This document shows positions 29,567-37,969 of a stretch of 64,000 nt of DNA, piece after piece. This DNA comes from Candidatus Saccharimonadota bacterium. Its GTDB lineage: Bacteria; Patescibacteriota; Saccharimonadia; Saccharimonadales; DTSZ01. Below the pieces are notes generated by a model. That model saw only the letters and a list, made by a program, of their open reading frames with translations. It did not search any database and had not been told where the DNA came from. How positions within the stretch are numbered: position 1 is the first letter of the stretch; every line of letters starts with the position of its first letter. The stretch spans positions 92,937 to 156,936 of the forward strand of contig DTSZ01000001.1 in assembly GCA_012965045.1 (NCBI GenBank), given 5' to 3'. The position numbers and the translations under genes are program-made.

Positions 29567-30607
29567 CTATTCTTTATCAGCTAAGTCGTAGGTAGCTTTT
29601 TCTACTCGCTTAAACTGTGGTTTGCTCTGTAGGTTTAGCAGGATAGTTGTTTCTTTAACTTGGCGTTGTTTTAGTACTCGCTTAACAATTTCATCACGGT
29701 GCAGTGGACCACCCTCTTTTTTAAGAATACTTACAATCATGTCGGCCACTGTTCCTTTGCTGTAGCCCCATTCTTTAAGGGCGTAAATTCCCCGACCAAT
29801 CAATACAAAACGGGCATCTTTGATTAACTCATTATGGATTGCTTGGGTTGTTACGTCGCTTCGTCGTAGGTCAGATTCTTGAATAGCGCTTGCAATGTCG
29901 CTAAAGTGCATAGGTTCTTTGTTTTCGCTCAACACAACATAAATTTTGTCACGAATGTTTTTTGGGTTAACTGTTGGCCACTTTTTGAGCCCCCAGTTAC
30001 TCTTAAGACTAGCTAGTTTTTTAGACAGAGTTGCCATAGCGTGGGTGTGGGTGTGGTGCTCGTGGTCAGTGCTTTCGTGGATTTTTTCGATTGTATGTGG
30101 TTCGCCAATGTCTTTAATAGTTTTAACGAGATTTTTCACACGGTCTTTAACGGCTTTTTCATCGTGGTGCTCTTTTATTGCCACACCGTGATAGTAGTCG
30201 TTATTTTCGTTTATAACTGCTAGTTTTGGCGAAAGGCTTGATAAAAAGTGCACATGTGCGTGAGCTCGATCGTCAACTTCACTACTAACCTTAGGGGTAA
30301 GGTGTTCAATTCGAGCTGCTCGTCCCATTTCCTCGAGGTGACGAATAAAATTCTGTTCAATTTCTGGCAGGTGTGGCAATTGGTTCGACATAGACTTAAG
30401 TTTTTGAATTACAGATTTTTCAAGTTGGCGAACTCGTTCACGAGTAATACCTAATAGGTCGCCGATTTGCTCAAGAGTTTCACGACGGTCGTACAGCCCA
30501 AAACGACGACTAATGATTTCTCGCTCACGTTCTTTGTCGATTGTGTTCAAGATATTTTTAGCCGCCTCCTGAATAGTTATAGTTGGTTCAAGAGTGTCTG
30601 TTGCCAT
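29567..30607 (-). CDS. sigma-70 region-4-like HTH protein with His-rich linker and C-terminal HARE-HTH-like repeats
   Basis: The N-terminus RRFGLYDRRETLEQIGDLLGITRERVRQLEKSVIQKLK matches the RpoD region 4.2 signature, but regions 1-3 are absent. The middle holds HAHVH / HEHHTHTH runs. The C-terminal half resembles the N-terminal fold of the RNAP delta subunit. Confidence 0.55.
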   Translation of the reverse strand: MATDTLEPTITIQEAAKNILNTIDKEREREIISRRFGLYDRRETLEQIGDLLGITRERVRQLEKSVIQKLKSMSNQLPHLPEIEQNFIRHLEEMGRAARIEHLTPKVSSEVDDRAHAHVHFLSSLSPKLAVINENNDYYHGVAIKEHHDEKAVKDRVKNLVKTIKDIGEPHTIEKIHESTDHEHHTHTHAMATLSKKLASLKSNWGLKKWPTVNPKNIRDKIYVVLSENKEPMHFSDIASAIQESDLRRSDVTTQAIHNELIKDARFVLIGRGIYALKEWGYSKGTVADMIVSILKKEGGPLHRDEIVKRVLKQRQVKETTILLNLQSKPQFKRVEKATYDLADKE

Positions 30608-30768
30608 AATTTACCTAGTCTATTTTATAATTATTTTGTAAATGTGTCAATCAAGTCTTGTGATTTAAAAAATTATAGCAGCAACTAGAAAATTAACCAA
30701 CAATGTTGGATGAGTAATTAACAACATTACTTTATTTTATAACTGTAAAATATGTGTAAAAGCTACGT

Positions 30769-33069
30769 TTACTTAGTCTTTTTCTTTTTAGTGTTTTTTG
30801 CCTTCTTTTTTGGACCAGCCTTTTTGCGAGCTTCTAGTAGTTCTTTGGCTTTTTCTAAATCAATGTCCGATGGCTCAACGTCTTTAGGTACCTTTGCATT
30901 TGTTTTGCCGTCGGTAATGTACGGACCAAAACGACCATCTTTAATTTGTATGCCGTTTTTAAAGTCTTTTATAAGCTGTTTAGCGAGCTTTTCTTTATGA
31001 GCTGCAATTAATTCATTTGCGGTTGTCTCGTCGATTGTGAACGGGTCATAGTCTTTAATATTTACGTAGGTAGAGCCGTACTTAACATACGGGCCAAACC
31101 GACCTTTGTTTGCAATAATTTCTTCGCCATCGGCTGTTTTTCCAACAGTTCTTGGTAGGTCAAAGCCCTTTAAGGCTTGCTCGAGCGTGACAGTTTCAAG
31201 ATTTGCACCATCTGGTAGCGGTGCAAACTTTGGTTTTTCTTCGTCTTCAGCTTCACCAATTTGTACCATCGGACCATATCGGCCTAATCGAGCAATAACT
31301 GGCTTACCGCTCTTAGGGTCGGTGCCGAGCGTCCGCGCCTGTGAGGCTTCTTTACGGCTGACATCGGCAGCTTTTTCGACGTCATCATGAAACCCTTTGT
31401 AGAAGTTTTTCAGTACAGACTTCCACTGGGCTTTACCTTCGGCTATTTCGTCGAATTCTGCTTCGAGTTTGGCGGTAAAGTCATAGTCCACCACATCGTC
31501 GATGTGCTTGGTTAAAAAGTCAGTAACAATAGTTGCTATTGTTGTCGGCACAAGCTTGTTTTTGTCACCGCCAACTTCTTTTTTAGCCGTTTCAAGCGAT
31601 ACAGTTTTATCAGCAAGCTTTAGTACTGATATTTCGGTCTCCTCACCTATAACATCGCGCTTTTCGACGTATTTTCGGTCTTGGATGGTGCTAATTGTCG
31701 GAGCGTAGGTAGTTGGTCGGCCAATGCCGCGCTCTTCCAACGCTTTAATTAAACTGGCTTCGGTGTAGCGAGCAGGACCACGGCTAAGGGTTTCAGTGCT
31801 TTCAGCTGTTACAAGATCAACGGCTTGGCCTTCTGTTAAGTCTGGTAGTAGAGAGTCGTCTTTGCGGCGACTTTGTACTGCTAGAAAGCCAGGGAATGTC
31901 ACGACTTCGCCTTTTGCAATAAAATCTGGTGCCACATTAGCGGCTCCAAGTACAAGTGTAGTTTTTTCAGTAGCGGCTGGCGCCATTTGGCTGGCAAGTG
32001 CGCGCTCGCGAATAAGTTGGTAGAGCTTGCGTTCGCGTTCGTCTTTGCCTGCTGAGGTAGCGGCTAAATTAGTGGGCCTAATTGCTTCGTGAGCTTCTTG
32101 AGCGCCTTTGGACTTGGTCTTAAAGGTGCGGCGGTGATGATAGTTGCTGCCAAATTCACTGGTAATAATCTTTTCAGCTTGCGTTAAGGCTTGATCACTT
32201 AGATTTAGTGAATCTGTACGCATGTAGGTGATATGACCAGCTTCGTAGAGGCCTTGAGCGAGTCGCATTGTTTGTCGTGGGCTGAAACCAATCAGACTAC
32301 TGGCAGTTTGCTGCAGGCTCGATGTGGTAAACGGCGGACTCGGGTTGCGTTTGCCGGGCTTTTTTTCAACTGATTGTACGGTGTAGTCGGACTGAGCAGC
32401 GGTTTCTAGAAATATCTTTGCTTCTTCTTTTGACGCAAAGTCTTTAGTTTTCGCTTGAATCTCTTCCCCGTCAGCCGCAAATACAGCAGATGTTTTGAAA
32501 CTGGTTTCTGGTTCGTGAGCTTGAATTTCGCGCTCGCGTTCTACAACCAACCGCACGGCAACTGACTGGACTCGACCCGCACTTAAACCGGGCTGGACTT
32601 TACGCCACAGTAGCGGTGAAAGCTCGTAGCCTACTACCCTGTCAAGAACTCGCCGAGCTTGTTGGGCGTCGACGCGGTGGTAGTCGATATCACGCGGGTT
32701 TTTAATGGCGGTTTCAATTGCCGGCTTAGTGATTTCGTGGAACGTGATTCGTTTAGTGCTGGCGTCTTTAAGCTTTAAAGCCTCTTTTAAGTGCCAGGCA
32801 ATCGCCTCTCCTTCACGGTCTTCATCGCTGGCGAGCCATACGGTTTCTGCCTCTTTTACGGCTTTTTTAAGCGCACTGACAGTTTTTTTCTTATCAGCAT
32901 TAACTTCATAGGTTGGTTCAAAATCATTTTCGATATCAACAGACATGCCCTTTTTTGGTAAATCACGAATATGCCCAAAGCTGGACAATACTTTGTAATC
33001 TTTACCGAGATATTTCTCGATAGTTTTAGCCTTGGCTGGTGATTCTACTATAACGAGGTTCTTTGACAT
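30769..33069 (-). CDS. topA: DNA topoisomerase I (type IA) with Zn-less C-terminal repeats and Lys-rich tail
   Basis: TOPRIM (VIVESPAKAKTI, DEDREGEAIAWH) and the active-site Tyr context GHITYMRTDS. The C-terminus has GRFGPY/GRYGP repeats and a KKKAKNTKKKKTK tail. Confidence 0.95.
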   Translation of the reverse strand: MSKNLVIVESPAKAKTIEKYLGKDYKVLSSFGHIRDLPKKGMSVDIENDFEPTYEVNADKKKTVSALKKAVKEAETVWLASDEDREGEAIAWHLKEALKLKDASTKRITFHEITKPAIETAIKNPRDIDYHRVDAQQARRVLDRVVGYELSPLLWRKVQPGLSAGRVQSVAVRLVVEREREIQAHEPETSFKTSAVFAADGEEIQAKTKDFASKEEAKIFLETAAQSDYTVQSVEKKPGKRNPSPPFTTSSLQQTASSLIGFSPRQTMRLAQGLYEAGHITYMRTDSLNLSDQALTQAEKIITSEFGSNYHHRRTFKTKSKGAQEAHEAIRPTNLAATSAGKDERERKLYQLIRERALASQMAPAATEKTTLVLGAANVAPDFIAKGEVVTFPGFLAVQSRRKDDSLLPDLTEGQAVDLVTAESTETLSRGPARYTEASLIKALEERGIGRPTTYAPTISTIQDRKYVEKRDVIGEETEISVLKLADKTVSLETAKKEVGGDKNKLVPTTIATIVTDFLTKHIDDVVDYDFTAKLEAEFDEIAEGKAQWKSVLKNFYKGFHDDVEKAADVSRKEASQARTLGTDPKSGKPVIARLGRYGPMVQIGEAEDEEKPKFAPLPDGANLETVTLEQALKGFDLPRTVGKTADGEEIIANKGRFGPYVKYGSTYVNIKDYDPFTIDETTANELIAAHKEKLAKQLIKDFKNGIQIKDGRFGPYITDGKTNAKVPKDVEPSDIDLEKAKELLEARKKAGPKKKAKNTKKKKTK

Positions 33070-33193
33070 CGAGGCTCACTCTACGTTTTAAGCTTACGTA
33101 TTGTCAAGTAAAGTACCCGTAAACAAGCACAAGCGTCAAATTTGATTTAGTCATTGATAACTGATCTAGGATAACTTTATAGTAGGTGCACAT

Positions 33194-33658
33194 ATGGATT
33201 ACAACAGCGATTATTTACGCAGATCCTGCACGGATCTTTTTGAAGGCCTTATTTTTGGCGATGAGGTAATGGTGTCTAGTAATAGCAATGCTTTAGTGGA
33301 CGCTGGACTCCCTTTGGCGGAATATACCGGCATAGAAGAAGAATCCTTTGATGAAGACCATTTTCGGTTTGCTATTTTGTGTGCGGCATCAAGCAAATTA
33401 ATTTCAGACTGGTCGTATTTTAGATTTGTTGCGAATAGTCAGGGCTTTTCTGACGACTGGTTACGGTTTTTAAAGCGGCCGGAACATTACTTAGTAGATA
33501 ATACCGATTTAGACGACAAACAGATTCAAGAAATTACAGACTATATTAAAGATACCTTCCGTGAACAGTTCCCCGATCAGCATAATCGGTCGATCGAAGC
33601 TCTAAAGCGCTTTGGTCGTTCAATATCAAGTATTTTTGAGAAAACTAGCGCCGAATAG
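33194..33658 (+). CDS. hypothetical protein
   Basis: 154-aa ORF with no recognised motif. It is divergent from topA and its 3' end overlaps the dprA 3' end by 14 nt. Confidence 0.35.
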   Translation: MDYNSDYLRRSCTDLFEGLIFGDEVMVSSNSNALVDAGLPLAEYTGIEEESFDEDHFRFAILCAASSKLISDWSYFRFVANSQGFSDDWLRFLKRPEHYLVDNTDLDDKQIQEITDYIKDTFREQFPDQHNRSIEALKRFGRSISSIFEKTSAE

Positions 33659-34514
33659 CCCACTGATTGTTACCGAGCGGTCGAATATGACCTTCGATTT
33701 CTAGCATGGTAAGTGCTTGCTGAAAGACAGCGGTTTCTAGGTTAGCCCGTTGCTGTAGTTCATGCGCGTCGTGGCTCACCCCGTCTTTAATTAACTGGTA
33801 TATGACCGTTTGCGTGTCATCTGTGAAAATTGGCAAGCGAATGTCTTCGGTCGGATCGCTATGGTCAAGGTTTAAAACCTCCAGAATATCTATCGCTTTT
33901 GTAACTGGATGTGCGCCAGCCTTAATGAGCTGATTTGTTCCGTAGCTCAGTGGTGCCGTTATCGACCCGGGCACAGCAAATACTTCTTTTCCTTGCTCTA
34001 GAGCATGACGAGCGGTGTTTAATGAGCCGCTCCGTTGGGCGGCTTCCACAACGACCACAGCTCGGCTTAATCCAGAAATAATACGGTTTCGTTCTAGAAA
34101 CTGATGACCTAAATGTGGTGTGCCATTGCTATATTCGCTTACTAAAGCGCCTCCAGAAGTGACTATTGTGATTGCTAACTGGCGATGAGCAGGTGGTGAA
34201 ATAATATCCACACCGCCACCAAGCACCGCTACGGTGTAGCCATTGCTTTCTAGGGCGATTTTGTGCGCCCATGAGTCTATGCCAAAGGCAAGACCACTAA
34301 CAATGCCTACACCGTGACGCACAAGTTCTTTCGTAATAAGTTCTGTTGCTTGTTTACCGTAATTTGTAGCCTTCCTGCTACCAACAACAGCAACTAATGG
34401 CATTTTTGATTTTAAATTGCCGTGTACATACAGTTTGCTAACAGGCTGTGGAATATGTTTGAGGCTGCTCGGAAAGCTTTCTGAGTTGGCTGAAATTGAA
34501 GTTATTGTGCTCAT
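33645..34514 (-). CDS. dprA: DNA-processing protein DprA (Smf)
   Basis: Rossmann-like DprA core with VVGSRKAT, SGLAFGIDSWAHK and VVVEAAQRSGSL, plus a C-terminal winged-helix-like extension. Confidence 0.9.
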   Translation of the reverse strand: MSTITSISANSESFPSSLKHIPQPVSKLYVHGNLKSKMPLVAVVGSRKATNYGKQATELITKELVRHGVGIVSGLAFGIDSWAHKIALESNGYTVAVLGGGVDIISPPAHRQLAITIVTSGGALVSEYSNGTPHLGHQFLERNRIISGLSRAVVVVEAAQRSGSLNTARHALEQGKEVFAVPGSITAPLSYGTNQLIKAGAHPVTKAIDILEVLNLDHSDPTEDIRLPIFTDDTQTVIYQLIKDGVSHDAHELQQRANLETAVFQQALTMLEIEGHIRPLGNNQWAIRR

Positions 34515-34574
34515 GGTTTACTTATTTAAGAAAGACTATTGACAATTTGTAAAACAAATGTTAAATTTTATTGC

Positions 34575-34856
34575 GTGAGTAGTTAAATCTACTTTGTACA
34601 TATTCAACAACAGATGTTAGGTTACCTACGCTCAATTAAGTTTCTACCCTCCACTTGATTGAAAAAATCGTAGGTATCCTAATGCCCTTGATTATACCTC
34701 ACTGAGACTCCGGATATTTGAAATGGTGGTCCAAAATCCACAACTTGAGGTGTTATGAGCAGACATAAGCCTGTTCGTAATACCTCAAGGGTGGGAGGAA
34801 TAATCGAGGGTTGTAATGAGCCAAGCGGTGCCCACCCCCGCTTGGCTCTTTTTGTT
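34575..34856 (+). ncRNA. candidate small RNA (or leader plus 34-codon sORF 34755..34859); family unassigned
   Basis: Upstream are TTGACA (34539..34544), a 17-nt spacer and TAAATT (34562..34567). Several nested stems are visible, for example AGGTTACCTACG 34618/CGTAGGTATCCT 34669 and CTTGAGGT 34743/ACCTCAAG 34782. The candidate ends in a strong intrinsic terminator. Both flanking genes are on the opposite strand. Confidence 0.3.
34818..34856 (+). terminator. rho-independent terminator
   Basis: Perfect 11-bp stem GAGCCAAGCGG / CCGCTTGGCTC with a 9-nt loop, followed by TTTTTGTTT on the plus strand only. Confidence 0.7.
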
Positions 34857-34859
34857 TAA

Positions 34860-34910
34860 GGGGGATGTGAATCTTCACCCTTAGCTCAAGCTAAAGCTTT
34901 CGGATCCCCC
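34860..34910. other. compact three-helix structured element (function unknown)
   Basis: A 7-bp closing stem GGGGGAT/ATCCCCC encloses two hairpins (GTGAA..TTCAC and CTTAGCT..AGCTAAAG). It lies between the plus-strand terminator and the pth stop. Confidence 0.3.
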
Positions 34911-34960
34911 ACCCGAGTTGATGAATTTTATTCGAAGTGAATTCAAATAAAATTCACGCT

Positions 34961-35485
34961 TTATAATAGTTCTTTTATATGACTTACAGATTCTTGAATG
35001 ATTTTTTGCAAATTTTGCTTTTCGTTTTCATTAAAATTCGCTAGCACAAAGTCTGCTGGCACTGGTATTTCTCGCTGTTTTTGGTCTATGCCGACGCGGA
35101 CACGCCTATATTCTGGACCAATATGTTGAGTAACACTGGCAAGCCCGTTGTGAGAACCGTCACGGCCGCCATGTTTAACTTTTACGTCGCCAAACTGTAT
35201 ATCTAGCTCGTCGTGCACAACTATTAGGTCTTCAGGCGCCACTTTAAAGAAATCCATCAATGCTCGGGCGGCTTTGCCCGACTCGTTCATCATGGTTGTA
35301 GGTTTGGCTATAACAACTTCTGCCCCATCAAGTTCGCCCTTGGCCATGACGCAAAACAATTTAAACTTGTCTTTGTATTGGGCTTTCATTTCAAAAGCTA
35401 AAGCGTCGATGACCTTGAAGCCAACATTGTGGCGCGTGTTTACATATTGTCTGCCAACGTTGCCGAGGCCAATAATTATTTTCAT
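34961..35485 (-). CDS. pth: peptidyl-tRNA hydrolase
   Basis: MKIIIGLGNVGRQYVNTRHNVGF signature at the N-terminus. ATG 35485 overlaps the upstream stop (ATGA). The ORF-track start at 35515 is probably too long. Confidence 0.9.
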   Translation of the reverse strand: MKIIIGLGNVGRQYVNTRHNVGFKVIDALAFEMKAQYKDKFKLFCVMAKGELDGAEVVIAKPTTMMNESGKAARALMDFFKVAPEDLIVVHDELDIQFGDVKVKHGGRDGSHNGLASVTQHIGPEYRRVRVGIDQKQREIPVPADFVLANFNENEKQNLQKIIQESVSHIKELL

Positions 35486-36174
35486 GAGCTCATAATACCT
35501 TGGATTGCCGAGCACAGTTCATCTCGTTTTAGTGAAAAGTTATGGTTATCGTCGAGTATTTGCAAATTTGTAGTCTCTGAACTCAGGAATATATTGTCTG
35601 CCAATACCTCATCATTCTTTGCGGCAATGACATGCATCTGAGGGCTATCACTAACCCCCAGAATTGTTTTCTTAGGAGTTTTGTTTTTGAGCTCTCTCCA
35701 AAATTCGGCAGGAATAGTAGTAATAGTGCCATTACTGCGTGGGATTTTCATTTCGCTGCTAACGTCAAATTCCGGAACCCGGCTCTTAAAGGCATCTTGT
35801 AGGGTTTGATGCAAGTCCTCTGCTGCTGGGGCGAGGAATATTATCTTTTTAGCACCCTGCAATAATTGCTGATTCTCTGCCGCCAGTAAACATCCCATAG
35901 AGTGCGCGATGACTGAATATTTATTAGTTTTGTGCTCTTCAAACACTGCTTGTATGCGCTCGGCTTGAGTAGCAAGTGTGTTTAGCGTTAAGCCTTGCGC
36001 TCCTTCTACATTCAGGTCAAATAAAACATTCTTAAATGCAGGTAGCGACTTAGCAACATCTCTTAATAAATCGCCGCCATCGTAACGATTCTCACCAAAA
36101 CCATGAATATAAAAAATTGCGTGATTAGAGTTATTGTCTCCAATAATTTCGGTTATCACTTCCCTATCTTCCAT
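35482..36174 (-). CDS. alpha/beta-fold hydrolase
   Basis: HGFGE oxyanion region and nucleophile elbow AHSMG. The annotated ATG lies inside the recurrent purine-rich motif, so an alternative GTG five codons downstream is possible. Confidence 0.6.
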   Translation of the reverse strand: MEDREVITEIIGDNNSNHAIFYIHGFGENRYDGGDLLRDVAKSLPAFKNVLFDLNVEGAQGLTLNTLATQAERIQAVFEEHKTNKYSVIAHSMGCLLAAENQQLLQGAKKIIFLAPAAEDLHQTLQDAFKSRVPEFDVSSEMKIPRSNGTITTIPAEFWRELKNKTPKKTILGVSDSPQMHVIAAKNDEVLADNIFLSSETTNLQILDDNHNFSLKRDELCSAIQGIMSS

Positions 36175-36179
36175 CTTCC
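36161..36179 (-). repeat. purine-rich intergenic motif, copy 1 (GGAAGATGGAAGATAGGGA on the minus strand)
   Basis: It matches the copies at 57971..57990, 60614..60632 and 38702..38722. An upstream ATAGAAGATAGG half-copy is present. Confidence 0.6.
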
Positions 36180-36205
36180 AGCTACCAACTCCTCTATCCT
36201 ATCTT

Positions 36206-37540
36206 CTATTTATCCATCTCTCTATCTTTATCATTCTTAAGCCAAATCTTAAGCGGTACGCCACTTAGATTCCAGTTTTCACGAATAGCTTTTTCGACAT
36301 AGCGTTTGTAGCTCCAGTGCAGCACTTTCGCGTTTTTGCCGTGGATTGTTACTTCTTGCGGTTTTACGCTGGTTTGAACGGCGTATTTAAGCTTAGGGTA
36401 AATTTTTCTGCCAGCTGGTCCTGCTGGTGGGTGATGCTGTACGACTTTTCGCAGTAGCTTATTAAGGTCTTTGGTTTCTAGTTTTTGATTCATACGCTCG
36501 TGCAGTTCTAGAACTTGCTCGAATATTGTATTTACGTTCTGCCCTGTCTCGGCGCTGGTAAACATTAATTGCGCCCACGGCACGTGCTGGTAGTTACGCC
36601 CTACCCAACCGCCGATATTGTTTTGGCTGTAGGCGTCTTTGTCTTCTAACGTGTCCCATTTACTAACAGTCAATATCAACCCTTTGCCGCTGTCAGCAAT
36701 TATTCCAGCGAGCTTTTGGTCCATACTGACATTAAGTTCATTGACATCCATCAAAAGCATACAAATATCAGCCTCGTCGATAGCTGCCATGGTTCTAAGA
36801 ACACTGAATTTCTCAATGCCTCTCTGAATCTTGCCTGGGCGACGAATCCCAGCTGTATCAAGGAGCCGAATTTCTTTACCTTTGTACTTCAGCTCGGTTC
36901 TATTCACGTCGCGGGTTGTTCCAGCGATGTTAGCGACAATTGCCTGTTGTTTTTTAGCGAGGGCATTAAATAGGTATGACTTACCAACGTTTGGGCGGCC
37001 GATTAAGGCAACGCTAATTGAGTCGGACACTTCTTGCTTGGCTCGTGGTAGTTTTTCAGTCAGTCGTTTTACTAGCTGGTCAAAACCAATTCCGTGGATG
37101 GCCGACACTGCAAACAAGTCTTTTATGCCAGTTTTATTAAATTCATTAAAGTCAATTTTTTTACCGCGATCAGCTTTGTTTATAAGCATTATAACGGGGG
37201 TGTTAGATTTAAGTGCGGTCTTGGCAACTCGGCGATCTTCATCTGTTAAAATCGTCGTCCCGTCGACAGTCATTAAAATTAAATCTGCGGCCTGAGTAGC
37301 TTCCTCAATTTGCTCTTGAATAGAAGCCTCAAACTCGTCCTCTGCTGGCTTTAAGCCTGCAGTATCGACTAAGCGAATGGTATGGCTATCAGTTAGCTTT
37401 ACGCGGGCTGTGACGCTGTCTCGCGTTGTGCCTGCTTCGTCGGCGACAATGGCCTGCTTGTAGCCAACCAAGCGATTAAAAATGCTGGACTTACCAACAT
37501 TTGCACGGCCAATAATAGCGACTATAGGAATTTTACTCAT
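36206..37540 (-). CDS. der: ribosome-associated GTPase Der (EngA)
   Basis: Two tandem G domains (GRANVGKSS..DTAG..NKAD and GRPNVGKSY..DTAG..SKWD) plus a KH-like C-terminus. Confidence 0.95.
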   Translation of the reverse strand: MSKIPIVAIIGRANVGKSSIFNRLVGYKQAIVADEAGTTRDSVTARVKLTDSHTIRLVDTAGLKPAEDEFEASIQEQIEEATQAADLILMTVDGTTILTDEDRRVAKTALKSNTPVIMLINKADRGKKIDFNEFNKTGIKDLFAVSAIHGIGFDQLVKRLTEKLPRAKQEVSDSISVALIGRPNVGKSYLFNALAKKQQAIVANIAGTTRDVNRTELKYKGKEIRLLDTAGIRRPGKIQRGIEKFSVLRTMAAIDEADICMLLMDVNELNVSMDQKLAGIIADSGKGLILTVSKWDTLEDKDAYSQNNIGGWVGRNYQHVPWAQLMFTSAETGQNVNTIFEQVLELHERMNQKLETKDLNKLLRKVVQHHPPAGPAGRKIYPKLKYAVQTSVKPQEVTIHGKNAKVLHWSYKRYVEKAIRENWNLSGVPLKIWLKNDKDREMDK

Positions 37541-37596
37541 AACAGATGATAGTATAGCTTGTTACATCTGTTATTGCTACGCTCTCATTATAATTA

Positions 37597-37860
37597 GGGG
37601 TTCAACCCATAACTCAACCCTTAATTTAGGTATGCAAACTATCGTTTGCGAATTAATGTTCCATTTGTACAGACAAACGGAACCCGAAACTGCTGGGCGG
37701 ACAGCTAACCCACTCTGAGATCTTCCTGATGAAGAGCGTAAAAATAACAATTGCCCGGAGGGCGAGGACCACGAAAGCGAAAGCTTGAAGCTTTCTCCCG
37801 CAGCCAATTGTTATTTATACAACCGAATCATAAAGAAGGGTGAATGTGGTCGTTTTTTGG
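37597..37860. ncRNA. candidate structured RNA in the 430-bp der/rluB gap; family and strand unassigned
   Basis: TATAAT at 37589..37594 (plus strand). Visible structures are the hairpin GCAAAC-TATC-GTTTGC (37634..37649), an 11-bp inverted repeat AATAACAATTG / CAATTGTTATT (37743..37753 / 37805..37815) enclosing a 51-nt segment that is more GC-rich than its flanks, and a T-run at 37852..37857. The ORFs here (37482..37718, 37577..37807) look non-coding. Confidence 0.25.
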
Positions 37861-37969
37861 CTTTACCGTTTTGACGAGACAAAATGGTAATAAGTTTTGG
37901 TAAGCGACAGCTTACATCTAACCGCTCAAATACTCATAAACCATCTAATTAGCAACTATTAATGAATTA

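Noticed and set aside
34560-34960. Assignment of the dprA-pth gap, or the der-rluB gap at 37541..37969, to tmRNA, RNase P RNA, SRP RNA or 6S RNA.
   Set aside because: I looked for the universal motifs: the GGGG 5' end pairing with a CCA-proximal 3' end plus a T-arm and an Ala-resume tag ORF for tmRNA, GAGGAAAGUCC and ACAGAA for RNase P, and GGAAGCAGC with a GNAR loop for SRP. I found only weak partial resemblances, such as TGGTGG at 34724 and GCAGCCAA at 37800. I therefore assigned no family.
37482-37807. ORFs 37482..37718 (plus strand, 78 aa) and 37577..37807 (minus strand, 76 aa) as protein-coding genes.
   Set aside because: They overlap each other on opposite strands, lack ribosome-binding sites, and span hairpins and inverted repeats. 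The region is better explained as non-coding structured sequence.
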